From Vicugna vicugna (lineage: Eukaryota), in contig MU058824.1 in the NCBI GenBank assembly GCA_013265495.1, positions 4,429,111-4,493,110 of the forward strand: a DNA stretch of 64,000 nucleotides. The letters run 5' to 3'. The notes below the pieces were generated by a model. That model saw nothing but the letters and a program-made list of their open reading frames with translations. It ran no database searches and was not told the DNA's origin. Below are positions 37,250 to 49,422 of this stretch, piece after piece (positions within the stretch are counted from its first letter, which is position 1; each line of letters begins with the position of its first letter). The position numbers were made by a program, and so were the translations under genes.

Positions 37250-37371
37250 TTTTTTTGAGGGGGAGATAATTAGGTTTTATTTATTTATTTGAATGGAGGT
37301 ACTGGGGATTGAACCCAGGGCCTCTTGCATGCTACACATGTGCTCTACCACTGAGCTATACCCTTCCCCCC
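37250..37371 (-). mobile_element. Camelid tRNA-derived SINE (Vic-1 type)
   Basis: Same head sequence; TSD CCAATGGGCTG on both sides. Confidence 0.9.
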
Positions 37372-40300
37372 TACCAATGGGCTGTTTTTATAGAGAGAAA
37401 ACATTTAAAAGCATTTTTGGACACTTTTATCAGATGTGGTTGCTAGAGATTTTGCTTTGTTCATGTATTCTTTTCACAGCAGGAAGCCAAAAAACGTGGG
37501 AAGTGACTGATTAGAATAAAGGTCTGTGTGCAGGAAATAATGGAGTTGTGTTAGTAAATTACGGGAGAAAACTTAAATGGGGCAGCCATAAATCAATGCA
37601 TTGTTATTAATCTTTTCCCATTCCAATGATGTAATATAAATGTATGCGCACACACACATACATCATTCATGAATGAGATGCCATGTTCAGCATGATGATT
37701 TTTTCTGATATTCTAGATAGTACATTACATTAGTAGGTAACCTAACATGGATTCCAAACTTCTATTTTTTTACAATTCAAACGAGGCTCTAAATATGCAG
37801 ACTTTATATAGTTTTCACATCTACTATTCTCTTTGGAAAATCAGAAATTATTGTGAGAAAACAAAGTTGATTTTTCACAGAATATAATAACAGCTGGCAT
37901 CCAAAGTGCTGACTTTTAAATAAATGATTTAAAAGGAACATGCGAACATTTTGGGGTCAACTTTTATAGCTTTTCTTCCTTATTTTGTCTATAACTGTAT
38001 ACTTATACTTTCTCTTAGGACATAAAAACAATGCTAACTATACCTATTAAGTTTATATTGTAGTATATTTAAAATTTGCTTTGAAATAGCTGTCATAGCA
38101 TGAGTAATAGTAAAAGGTGACACTTTTGTTAGGCTCCATTTTATTTGGTGTATTTAAAAATCATACGTGTGTATATTCAGAAAACCAAAAGCTGAGTTTT
38201 TATATTTTCTTGCTTTTTATTAACATTATGTAGTATAATCCATGTGATTTACTGTTTCACAAACTACCAGTTAAAATATTGTTTCAAGTGTACCATGTAC
38301 TATAGGCGAGACAGAGGGTGATGAAATAAAACAGGCACCATGCAAACCCAGATTGTGTACGGAGGCCCCTCATCCTCTGACCTAACAGGTCAGGCTGGGG
38401 GTTGTCACCATCCCAGACTTACACAAGCGGACAGAAGGCAAGGTGCTTACCGACTCACGGACTGCTTCTGGCGGTGATTTATTTGAGGCTTCCTGATTGT
38501 TCCAGAGCTGATGAAACACCAGATGCTGATCACCCAGAGTGAGGTGGATGTTTATGAAGCACTTGCTGTGGTTCTTCCTGTCCCGCAAAGTCCAGCTCAA
38601 AGCCCTGGAAGCCCTCTGGAGGCTCAGTCTCGAGTTGTATTTTCCGCTGGTTGTACTTACATATGTCTAAGAGGAGTTAACTTCTTTTTCGCTGCATTCT
38701 GTTTTCACTCTGCCACGTTAAGGGACATCCAGCAGGATCCTGTGTGCCAGTTATTTTGGGGCGTGCTTGTGTGTGGGTCCCCCTTCCCAGCCTTTGGAGG
38801 GCAGGAACTGTGATGGACTTTGAACTAGCTTTCTTTCAGCACCCTGCACTACTAGGAGATCTACAGACATGAGATAGATTTGTTTAGAGTTTATGATTGG
38901 GCCATCCAAACCATTAATTCTCCAGAAGTAAATATTGTCTCTGTGAGAAGAGCCACAGAACCTCCATTTTTCTATTTACATGCCCCCTGCTTCCTATCCT
39001 GACACGTCAACTGCTCCCAAGGCTGCTCCCTCCATTTAGATCATCACCAGCTGCCTTTATTCCCTTCTGCCTTCAGACATGCCCAGGCCTTTCTGATCTA
39101 GAATGGCCGTGTGAAAGGTGCCCATTTGTTTTTGCAAAAACAGCCTTGGATGTTATTTCCTTCTTGAAACTAGAGTTTATGTTATCTAGTATCAGAGGCA
39201 CAGCAAAATCTCCCAGTTTATAAGCAAAGCAGCTGAGGCCCAGATAGGAAAAGGAACTTGACCGTGGTCATAGCACTGGTACATAATGCTAGAGGCAGAA
39301 CTGAAAGGCAATGCTACTCTCGGCTGTGTAGTCTGGGATGGGACTTCCTCTACTGGAACAAAGAAGGGCAAATGAATCAGCCTAGTCTATGGTGGCCTTA
39401 CTGGTCTGATAAAGGCCAAACTTATCTCATGTGTACCTTCTTTGAACAGCCACCTGGCCATATTGGGAGAGGGACACAAGCAGCCATAGTAATGTATTTG
39501 GGGATAGTTAATGGACTCCCTCCCCTATTCCCTTCTCCTCCTCCTTTTAATACTTAGGATCCCATCCCTATAATACTCTGGATCCTCTGAGTTAACCCTC
39601 AAGGGAACACTGCCCCACTGCAGCATTCACTGGGACCAAACAGATCAGCCCTGGTGTCTCCATAGCGGTCCCCCAAGAAGCCTGCTGGCTCCTAAACTAG
39701 GGTCAGGACTGATTAAGAGCAACTGACTATGAACTCTCATCCTGACCTAGTTTAGTTCTGCTCTTTTGGTTATAAGAAACCAAGACCCACTCAGGCTAAC
39801 TCAGGGAAAGATTTACTGTTGTGGTGGTTCTTAGTAAAGACAAATTTGGGGCAATTATGGAATCATATAAATCAAAGAACAGGATTCTTAACAGAGCAAA
39901 GACTGTAGAGATGGACAGTATTCTTAACAGCAGGCAGAGTTCATGGGTTCACCTTCTGAATCTCCTCTATTAACAAGACAGAGACTTTGTACATTTATTT
40001 CTTTTTTTTTCTTTTCTAACAGGCTTCATCTGTTAACTCATAGCTTTTACTTCCCACCCTACCCCCATAACGTCAACCCTACCTCATGGAATCTTTGGTG
40101 GATCCTTTCTGATTTGGGTCTTACTAAACTGACTTAGTCTCCCTGTTTCTCAATTTCTCCCAAGATCAATCTAGTTAGCCCAGTTCAATAGATTAACTCC
40201 TCTTGGGGCAGTTGTTCTGGTCCATTGAACTATGGCTGCCAGATAGCTGGAAGTCATTGGGCTGCAGCTGGAACAGATCCCTTTAGAAGTAATGTGGATA

Positions 40301-40432
40301 GGGCATGCTCTGTGGCATCTTTCAGCTTTCTGCTTTTCTGTGCACTATCCATCTTTCTGCTTTTCTGCTCCAGGACTTCTCCTATGCTATGGTAGGCTGC
40401 TGTGTGTAGCCCAGAAGAACATGGGTTACAAC

Positions 40433-40980
40433 TGTGGTAAGGAGATTCTAAGATGCCCCCAAGATTTCTTTCCCCCTGGTGGACGCACCCTGCATAATCT
40501 CCAGGGCTGTAAAAATGATGGCTTTTACCCTATGATGGGGTTATGTTATATGACAGTTGGCCTTAACATAGGGAGATGACCCAGGTGGATCCTGCCTAAC
40601 CATGAATCCTTTAAAAGCAGAATTTTTCTCTAGCTGAGTGACAGCAAGGGAAGCCAGAGATTCAAAGCACTAAAAGGATTTGATGCATCATTACTGACAT
40701 GAAGATGGAGGGGGCCATGTAGCAAGGAAATGGGGACCTCAGTCTTGTAGCTGCAAAAAACTGAATTTTGCGTCGTGAATGAGCTTGAAAGTGGATTTTT
40801 CATCAGAGCCTCCAGATTAGAACTCACTCCAGCTGCCACTTTGACTTCAGCTGTTTGATACCCTGAGAAAAGAACCAAGTTATGCCATGCTGGATTTTTG
40901 ACCTACCCAACTGAGAGCTCATAAATGGGCATTGATTTAAGCAGCTAAAATGTGGTGATCCGCTACATAGCAATAAAAAA
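40433..40980 (+). mobile_element. MLT1 (MaLR) LTR
   Basis: TGTGGTAAG...TTCTAAGATGCCCCCAAGATT start and ...GCTACATAGCAATAAAAAACCGATCCA end. Confidence 0.75.
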
Positions 40981-40989
40981 CCGATCCAA

Positions 40990-42620
40990 CTTTGGAGGCA
41001 ACTATCAACCATGAGAGGAAGGGAGCTGGGGATAAACGCACCAGCCTCCCATCCTTCATGTAGACAATTCTGAGAGGCATTCTTCATGCTTCTTGGGCCT
41101 CTCCAGCAGAACAGATCCTCTGTTGTCCACAGCAGCCACATTAATAATGTACCCTTATATTGCCTTTTGCTCCTTTCATTTCTCCCTCTTCCTGCTGCCT
41201 CATGCCAGCTTCCTGAGATCACTTCCAAAATAAGCTATCTGCTCCCAAGTCTGTGTCAGGCTCTGCTTTGGGGGAACACAACCAAGACAACTGCTACCAG
41301 AAGTAGCCCTGAAAGACATGCCCTCACCACTCAGATGGCACAAGGACCCCATTTCTGTGGGTAAATGAAGTGGTGATAACCCCTGGTCTGTTGTAGCATC
41401 ATATTCAATACAACATTTACCTGCAGGGGGCCGGAGTGTTTTACAGGTTGAAGGGGAAGCATGAGCTATTCACTAGCTCTAGTGTTTAATAATATTGGGT
41501 AACAGTATTTTTAAGGATGGTAAAATGGACTCTTTTTAAAACTACCTTGTAAGTTTTAAAGAAAGAATAACAGGTTCAGGTAAGCCAAGTGTACACACAG
41601 AGCGTGCTGTGAAAGCCAGCAGGCATCTAAGGCAGTTTTTAAAGAGATTCTCATTTCCTGCACCCACAGGGCAGACTGTGCTACCGGGCAGGGCCAGGAC
41701 TTAATTGTAAAACTGGCAGAGCTACAAAGACTGGGTGTGTAGCTAAAATTGGTGCTTTGACAGGGAAAGAGTGGGACCCCGAGGAACCATGAGTCCTGAG
41801 ATCAGGGTACCTGGATGGATGCCCCTGAGAGCCTTGAACCCTTAGATTCCCCTGAACCCTCAAGACCAACAGAATCAGCCCTTCTGGTCCCTCGCCTCAG
41901 GCTGCCAGAGAGCAGCCTCCCCCTGCCTAGAGACTATGCAGGGATCTCATCGAGACAGATACCCTTCTCAAGGTCCACCCCAGGCTCCCCTCGGTAGGTT
42001 CTTGCTCTGACAGCAAACAGCACACTCACCAAAGCATACTAGGATCTGGCTAGTAGAGAAACTGGGGAACATTTGTGAGAGTGGATCTCGAGGGTGTTGG
42101 AGGGGAGAGGGGTGTAGGCATACATGGCTAGACAGGGAAGCCGTGGGCACGCTCTCCTTGACTCAGGATTAAAGACTCGGCAGGAACACTGGAGCTCATC
42201 CTAATGTACAGCTACGATGGGTTCCTGAAGCTGGGATGTGACAACGGTCCACAGTAAATGAGGTGAGGAGGCTGGCACTGCCTTGGCAGAGTGTGGAGGA
42301 ATAAATGAGAAGGTTCAGGGATTGTGAATGTTAGAAAAGGCTTCAGAGGTGAGATCAAAGAACGCACCACCCTGCTATTTTTCCTGGGAAGGCCCAGAGG
42401 CCACCCTCTTCACTAAGGCAACAAGGAAAGTACCAGTAAGGAGAGACCAACGCGTCTTTGAGGAGTTTGGCGTTCACTGTCCTCCCACGGAGCATTAAGC
42501 AGCCATTCGCCCCAAGACCCAAGGACACTGCCATAGAGTAGGGGTGAGTCCCACCCAGATGGGGGTCTGCCAACCTCCACCTCTCCCCTGCCTCCAGGAA
42601 TCTCGCCTCCTTCCCAAAGG
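40990..42620 (+). mobile_element. Degenerate ERVL-type LTR plus internal sequence
   Basis: LTR33/LTR16-like end (AATAAGCTATCTGCTCCCAAG...CTCTGCTTTGGGGGAAC) followed by decayed gag-like sequence. Confidence 0.45.
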
Positions 42621-43819
42621 TGATCTCTTTCCCTTCTGCTTCAGGACATTTAAACGTGTCTCTCTAATGGTCTTAGGCTTTTATAAAATGAAGGAAAAGA
42701 TGAGTGCCAGCTCTGGCATGCTGCTTTAGTTCTCTGGACCATCCCCTCTATGTCCTGTTGCACTTACACCTACAAAAACACATCCAAGGCAAGGACCTGG
42801 GCCTGATAACTAACAAAAGTTAAAGGACCAAAACTGGGCAATAACTGATTCAAAAAGATAAAAATTAAAGTGGTTTAAAAATAATCACTATAATACCATA
42901 AATTGCACTTCTATTTCAACACGTTCCTTGAGCATAGGAGAAAGTCATGGACGCAGAGCTCCAGGAGGGGCACCGGCTGCACAGTAGGTCCTGTCTGCGC
43001 CACAGATGCTAGGGAGTAACTATTACTGTCGGTCTCTTACTAGTTGTAGGGTTGAGAATGACTTTTTCATTTGCTTTCCCACAATCCTTTGGAGCTTCAT
43101 CACAATGTGGACACACTCATGGAGTATGTGCTGGGTGTAACTGGCATCCACGTACCACGTCAGTTGCATGGATGGAAGTTTGGCAACTGCTGGCACCTAG
43201 TACTGCACACTCTACTTATGCTGCAGCGGAGTGGCCTGCATGCCCCCTCCCTGCAGTGACAGTCAAGAAGAGCACATAGCGCATGATAATATTCTTAGAG
43301 TCCCACCGTCAGATCAAAACAAAGCAGCTGCTCAAAGTAAGTCCCACTATTTCTAGTGCTGACGTGGGAGAGGAATTCCCACAGTGGTGCTAAGGATCAC
43401 TATTGTATGTTGAGGCTGAGGACATTTTCCAGTTTCTCCCTCTATCAGATGGAGCCAAAGTCTCTGGGATGAGACCAAAACAGAACAGAGGAAGCAGTGG
43501 TTCAACACAGGGAAAAACAATATACTTGAAGGTCTCAGGACCACCAACATTTTTGTTTGTCTCTTTTGACTATGTTTGTAACTTTTTATGGGTAGTCACT
43601 CAAATTCTGTTATCAGAGAATTAGTAAGACTTGAGCAGCAAAATACAGCTATGATATGACACAGTATGGTTCTGGGTGAAGCCAACAAACTAACCAGAAG
43701 CACCAGACATGAAAAGGCTCCACTGACAACCCAAAGACCTCCCTGGGTTACCATTTCCCCACAAGGACAATGAGGAGTTTAAAGGTCTTGCACTCTGGCA
43801 GCCTGGGGATCTGTGACAG

Positions 43820-44779
43820 TCACTCAGTTAGATGTTTCTGACATACCAGGTTCCTCACAGCAGTCTTCACGTCCTTGTTCCTGAGGCTGTAGATGATGGG
43901 GTTGAGCATGGGGGTCACCACCCCATAGAAGAGGGAGGTGAGCTTGTCTGCAAGGTCCTGTTTGTCTCTCCCCAGGGGGTCCTTGGATTTGGGCTTCCCA
44001 TACATGAAGAGGATGGTCCCGTAGAAGACGACCACAACTGTGAGGTGAGCAGAGCAGGTGGAGAAGGCCTTTCTCCTCCCCTCAACCGAGGGGATCCTGA
44101 GGATAGTAGCAATGATGAACACATAGGAGACAAAGATGAACAGCACTGGGACCCCCAGGAAAATCACATTGGCCACAACCATGCTGATCACATTGATGGA
44201 GATGTCAGCACAGGCCAACTTTAGGACAGCCAGGATCTCACAGGTGAAGTGGTTGATGATGTTGTCCCCACAGAAAGGCAGACTCATGGCCTGGGATGTC
44301 TGAACTACAGAGTTGGCAAGACCAGCTGCCCAGGAGCCAGCAGCCATGGGCACGTAGGCAGCCTTGCTCATGACCACGGGGTACCTCAAGGGGTTGCAGA
44401 TGGCCATGTAGCGGTCAAATGCCATCATGCCCAGAAGCACACACTCTGTGGCTCCCATGGCAAAGGAGAGGAACATCTGCATGGCACAGCCCGAAAAGGA
44501 GACGGTTTTCCTGGAGGTGAGGAAGCTGTCAAGAATGAGGGGGACAGAGGAGGTTGTGTAGCAGATGTCGAGGAAGGAGAGGTTCCCCAGGAAGAAGTAC
44601 ATGGGCGTGTGCAGGCGGGAGTCAGACACGGTCACCAGGACGAGGACCCCGTTGCCCAGCAGGATCAGCAGGTACATCAGCAGGATGAGCACAAAGAACG
44701 TTTTCTCCAGCTTCGGGTGGGCTGAGAGGCCCAGAAGAATGAACCCCAGCACTGGAGAGGTCTGGTTAGACTTGTCCAT
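43820..44779 (-). CDS. Intact class II olfactory receptor, OR2S2/OR13C7-like, 319 aa
   Basis: Single-exon ORF with N-glycosylation site NQT and the motifs [36 protein letters not shown] and [16 protein letters not shown]. The PKSKDPLG loop is characteristic of the OR2S/OR13C7 group. Confidence 0.97.
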   Translation of the reverse strand: MDKSNQTSPVLGFILLGLSAHPKLEKTFFVLILLMYLLILLGNGVLVLVTVSDSRLHTPMYFFLGNLSFLDICYTTSSVPLILDSFLTSRKTVSFSGCAMQMFLSFAMGATECVLLGMMAFDRYMAICNPLRYPVVMSKAAYVPMAAGSWAAGLANSVVQTSQAMSLPFCGDNIINHFTCEILAVLKLACADISINVISMVVANVIFLGVPVLFIFVSYVFIIATILRIPSVEGRRKAFSTCSAHLTVVVVFYGTILFMYGKPKSKDPLGRDKQDLADKLTSLFYGVVTPMLNPIIYSLRNKDVKTAVRNLVCQKHLTE

Positions 44780-47439
44780 GCTGCCTCTGCTCTGTCACCT
44801 GCAGGAACTCTCTGAGCTCCATCTCAGCACTCTCTGACTCCAAACGTGCCTGGGCAGCAGGGCAAAAATCTCCCCAATGCTGAGCAACTGGAGAATAGCT
44901 CTGACAATTCAGTCATGTCTAAGGGGTTCTAGGAAAAATACAGTAGAGATCAGCATTTAACCTCTGTGTCCAGTAAGAATGAAGAGTAGATTTGGACTAA
45001 CTCATTGATAGATGACAATTTTAAAAAACTGGGCAAACTATAGAAAACATCTGTGTAAAGCTCTGGCAAGGTTAAGTAAAACAAGGAATCATGATTCTGG
45101 GGGTAAAAAAGGCATTCAGAGAAGTCAGTCAAGCATTTGAGGCTATTTCAGCTGGGGCTTCTGCAGCTCAGGAGGTGGTCACTGGGAGGCCAAGAAGCAC
45201 TACTCACAGCCTCCTGGAGCCTCCTGCAAGGCCTATTGTGAAGGGCCTGTAACTAGACTTCCTCCCTTTGCTGGGAAACGCAAAGGGCAGCACCACAGGA
45301 ATAAGAGTGAATCGGAGGAAACACACATCTACAGGTCCCGTAGCTTAGCTTCAAATCTTCAAAAGCCCTGAAATTGGACTGAGGTGGTCCCAGATTTTTG
45401 GTGCTCCTAAACATTCAACAGAAGCAAACATATTATCTACCTTGCAGGAAAGCAACATCACCCCCGTCCCTAAAGCGTTTCTACAAATGGTTCTGCAAAA
45501 AGAACGTGCGGCACACACTGAAAAAGACTAAAGGACACGGGAGACAAGGCAACATAAATGAAAACCAATAGGAAAAGACAGAAAACCAAGCCTCCCTTTC
45601 CCAGGGGCAGGTGGGAGCCAACAGCTCCTCAGCTCTGATATCGCCTGTTGAGGGAATTAGCTCAGACATGTTGCCAAGGACTTAACCTCCTGTTGGTCCT
45701 TTTGTACATCTGGGGCACAGCGGGGCTCTTGTATGCTGTGGCCAAGTTGAAGGAGGGTTTGACTGAATCTCCCTTCTTTTCTTCGTTCTCCATCAGCCTC
45801 ACCAGAGGCACTGGCTTCTGCCTGAGACTGTTCCCTGAGTCTTGTTCTGTCAGCCCTTCTTCCTGGAAAGCCTGAATCTCTCCTCAGACTTCTAAGAGTT
45901 CCTCAAACTAGGATTTACTCTGCACCAGTGAAACACCGTAGGCAACACTGAGGGTGTTAAGCATTCGGTTTTATTTGCTCTGTATCTAAAATAGTCATGA
46001 ACTTCCTGATCTCCATCTCTCCAAGCGCTCTCAGTCATCCAGCCCCTTCCCAGTCATGCGGGGGCACTTCCTGCCTGGGAGCTCTGGGACAGTGGTGCTC
46101 AGCACTGTAGCTGTGACCAAGTCAGTGCCACAATAATTCAATTCAGGCTGACGTTATTTATTGAGCATCTGTGCTAAGCCAGGCTTAATTCTAGGTGATG
46201 AGATCACAGCAAAGAGAGGCCCAGCCCACAATCTCAAAGAGCTCAAAATCTAGCAGAGGCAATAGTCTTGCAAACAAGTAATTACATCATCGTCATCACC
46301 ATCAACCAAACAATCGCTCTACGACTACTGACAACAGGCCTTGGATCTATTTTGCAATCTGCTCCTGTTCCCATGTAGAAAGTCCCTGGCTGCATTCCTC
46401 ACAGTCCTCTGGTCTGCATTTGGTTCCCTGAATGATGTGGGGCACTGTCCTTCCTGGCGAGGCTCATTTCACTTTGAAATAATTGCCCTTTGGTACTGAG
46501 CCGAAATCTGTTCCTTTGCAACCTTAATCCCTCTTCCACAGACAGCCCTCCAAATGTCCCGAAATAGCTTGGCTTCAGCATGAAGATAAATAAGAGTCCA
46601 TCTCCCTTTTTCTCCTAGGGCTTTAAAATGGATGTTTTCTCTCACGGGCAAATGAACCATCCAGGAATTAACTACAAAGGCTGGTCAAAACTGAGAACGG
46701 TCCCCAGCTCGAGGACGGCTCATGGGGCCAGGACACGCTGTACCTGAGGTGGATGTGCTGGGGCTGGAAACCAACCCCAGGCTAGGTTTTCCCTTTGTGA
46801 TGGCCAGCCCTCCAGGCTCTCTCCAAAGCCTGGATCATGTGAAGAAGCCATTCCCTCTGTGTCATTGTTACCAGGTCCAGAATTGTGGCTCATTACTATT
46901 GCTGGACTTTGGATTTTTAACTACAAAAGAAGAGAGAGCCCCCCAGTTTTAATAAAGAAGAAACAACTGTGTGAGAAGACTGCCAGATGGGGGGACCTGA
47001 GCAAGCCTTTCCCCTTGGCACAAAGTGGAGTGAGGCCAGATGACCTCAGAGACTCTTGCAGTTTGCTGGGTCTATTTGACTCGGTAAGAATAACATCAAC
47101 AAAAGGGCTTCCTACCTCCCTTCTCAACCCCATTCCATTAAAATCAAGTCTGATGGCAGAAACGCAGCTGAGCTAATGAAGCTTTTGGTGTGATTGCATC
47201 CTGTGCTTACCTTTACCAGAAGCATGGTGAGCAAGAAGGATCAGCTTCAGAAGGGTTGATACCAGGTCAGAAGTAGTGATACCAGGTGGGAAGTGTCAGG
47301 GTGAGAGTTTGGAATGTGTGACAGGTGAAGGGTCCAGCTGGTCCTCTGTGCTCCACCTGTCCCCTGTGCTCAGGGCACAATCTCCGAAGGACTGTCCATT
47401 GCCCATAGAAGATAATTTAAATTCCAGTTTGTTCTTCAG

Positions 47440-47545
47440 GACCATTTTAGTCCCTGAAGTCATTTAAAGTTTGGAAAGTGAATTGTACTCAGTTTAGAAA
47501 TTTTGTATCCTTCTGGGATAACATCCCCAAGATCCAATTATGTCA
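47440..47545 (-). promoter_or_regulatory. Putative OR promoter cassette B for the gene at 43820-44779
   Basis: Minus strand TAATTGGATCTTGGGGA...TCCCAGAAG...CCAAACTTTAAATGACTTCAGGGA. Downstream donor AG|GTAAGC at 47211/47210. Confidence 0.7.
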
Positions 47546-49422
47546 AAGGCACTGGAGGAAGTTTACTGCCTGCTTCCTTTCTCCTTCCCTCCCACCCCTC
47601 CTCCTTCCTTTCTCTCTGATCATCATAATTCCGTTAGCAGAGTCCAACAGCCTGCTGGTCAGTGATTACATGACTCATTCAGACCCCCAAGTCTTTTCTC
47701 CTGTTCTGCAGACAAGCCCCATCACCCCAAGTCTGTGCTTATGCAGTAGTTTTGTGGGTCTAAGTGAAAGACTTATACTCTCCCTCTAGAATTGTGGACA
47801 GAATGTGACCCACAAAAGGGACGGGTCCAGAGGATGGGTACCTTCCTTCTATCAGGAAACAATTACCGAGCGTGTACTGCATAGAAGGCAGAAATGTGCT
47901 GAGAACCACGGTCCAATGGCAAGAAATAGGAACGCGAAAGAAAATTACAGAACAAGGAAAGACATGTAGGCCAGGGAGAATGCCCACGCTGCTGTGACAG
48001 CTCAGAGGCAGGCAGGGGCCAGACCTCCCAGAAAAGATGACAGAAGGTGCCTGGCGTGCTGGAGCTGGCTCGACAATGTGCACATCCCCCAGCTCCCATT
48101 CAGTGACTTCGTTGATAGCTTGAAATGGGCCATCCTGGAAGGGTTTATACCACAGAAATAAGCAAATGCTCCAGATAAGGGCTTTTTCTGACCTGGTGAT
48201 CTGGTCATGAAACATTCACTAGCACACCACTGGAATGGAGGAATGATGATTTCCTCGACAAAGCGGAGTGGGGAATTACCCCAGGCTGAAGGGGCTGCAT
48301 AAACCAAGGCATAGAAATGAGAAAGAGACTTAGGAGTGGGGAGTGACCAGCAGTGCAGTGTTGCTGGAGCACAAAGACAGGGGCTGCTGACAGGGACGAA
48401 GGCAGGGATGGACCCTAGTGGGTCTTCCGGGGCATTCTGAGGAGTTAGGACTTTCTTCCATAGACAATGAGGAGGCACTTAGGGATTTTAAGTAAAGGTC
48501 TGACATGATTAAATTTGCATCTTATGTTGATTCTTCTGGGCACAGTGTGGAAGGAAGACTGGGAACAGAAGGATAAGTTCTAAAGAGACAGAGAGACACT
48601 TCAGGAAAATGAAGATAAGAATATTAACTGGGAAGTAATTGAAGGGTGAAGATAGGGAAATTCAAGAAATGTTTGGTAGATATGAAATACAATATTAGAG
48701 TTTGGTTGGATACAGCAGGCAGGAAAGAGTGTAGAGTCAATATTCCTAACTCAGCTATGGGGGATGATGATACCACCACCAAGGTAGAGAATATTGACCA
48801 AGTTGCCGGTTTGGGGAGAAAAGATGAATTCATTTTGGAGAACAGGGTGTCTGAGGAACATCCAGGTGGAGATGGGGGAGATGTCTGAACTGGGGACTCA
48901 CTGACTTATCCATCACTTAGGAAGAGTAGCTAGAACCTGGAGATGCAGGCACTGCTCTGCTGTCTGCAGGTACAACTCTAACTGTACCACCACTGTACAC
49001 TGTTGGAGGCTCCCTGAAATCCAAATTCATATCTACAGGGTTTCCTTGACCTCTGGGCCACTAAGGGCCCTCTGCTCTGTTGTGAGAACTCTCTGAGAAA
49101 GTGGATTCTAAGGACAGGAAAGAGATTCCCTGCTGGCAGAAGAGAGAGAAAGGCCCCAGAGACCAATGACCCAGAGGAGTTCACTAGAGGCGTGGACAGT
49201 CAAGGGTCAAGGGTCAAGAGTTAGGGATAAGCAAGGACTGAAAGAGCAGTTGACTCCAGAGCAGAGGAATTATAGGTGGCTGCTCTGATCATTCATAAAA
49301 ACACCCTCCCTCCTCTTAGATTCCTTAAAAGGAGTAAGTGGGACCCTAATCCTTGGAAAAGTCCAGATAAACCAGTCCTTCTTCGACATGAGCATGCATC
49401 AGAAACATCTACAGAACTTTTT

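Noticed and set aside
43832..44837. Plus-strand ORFs overlapping the OR gene (also 57848-58093, 58301-58522, 63764-63985)
   Set aside because: Antisense shadows of OR coding sequence with biased codon usage.
47760..48478. Overlapping 151-aa and 158-aa minus-strand ORFs upstream of the OR gene
   Set aside because: They run through MER63-like and L2-like relics and have no protein-family motifs.
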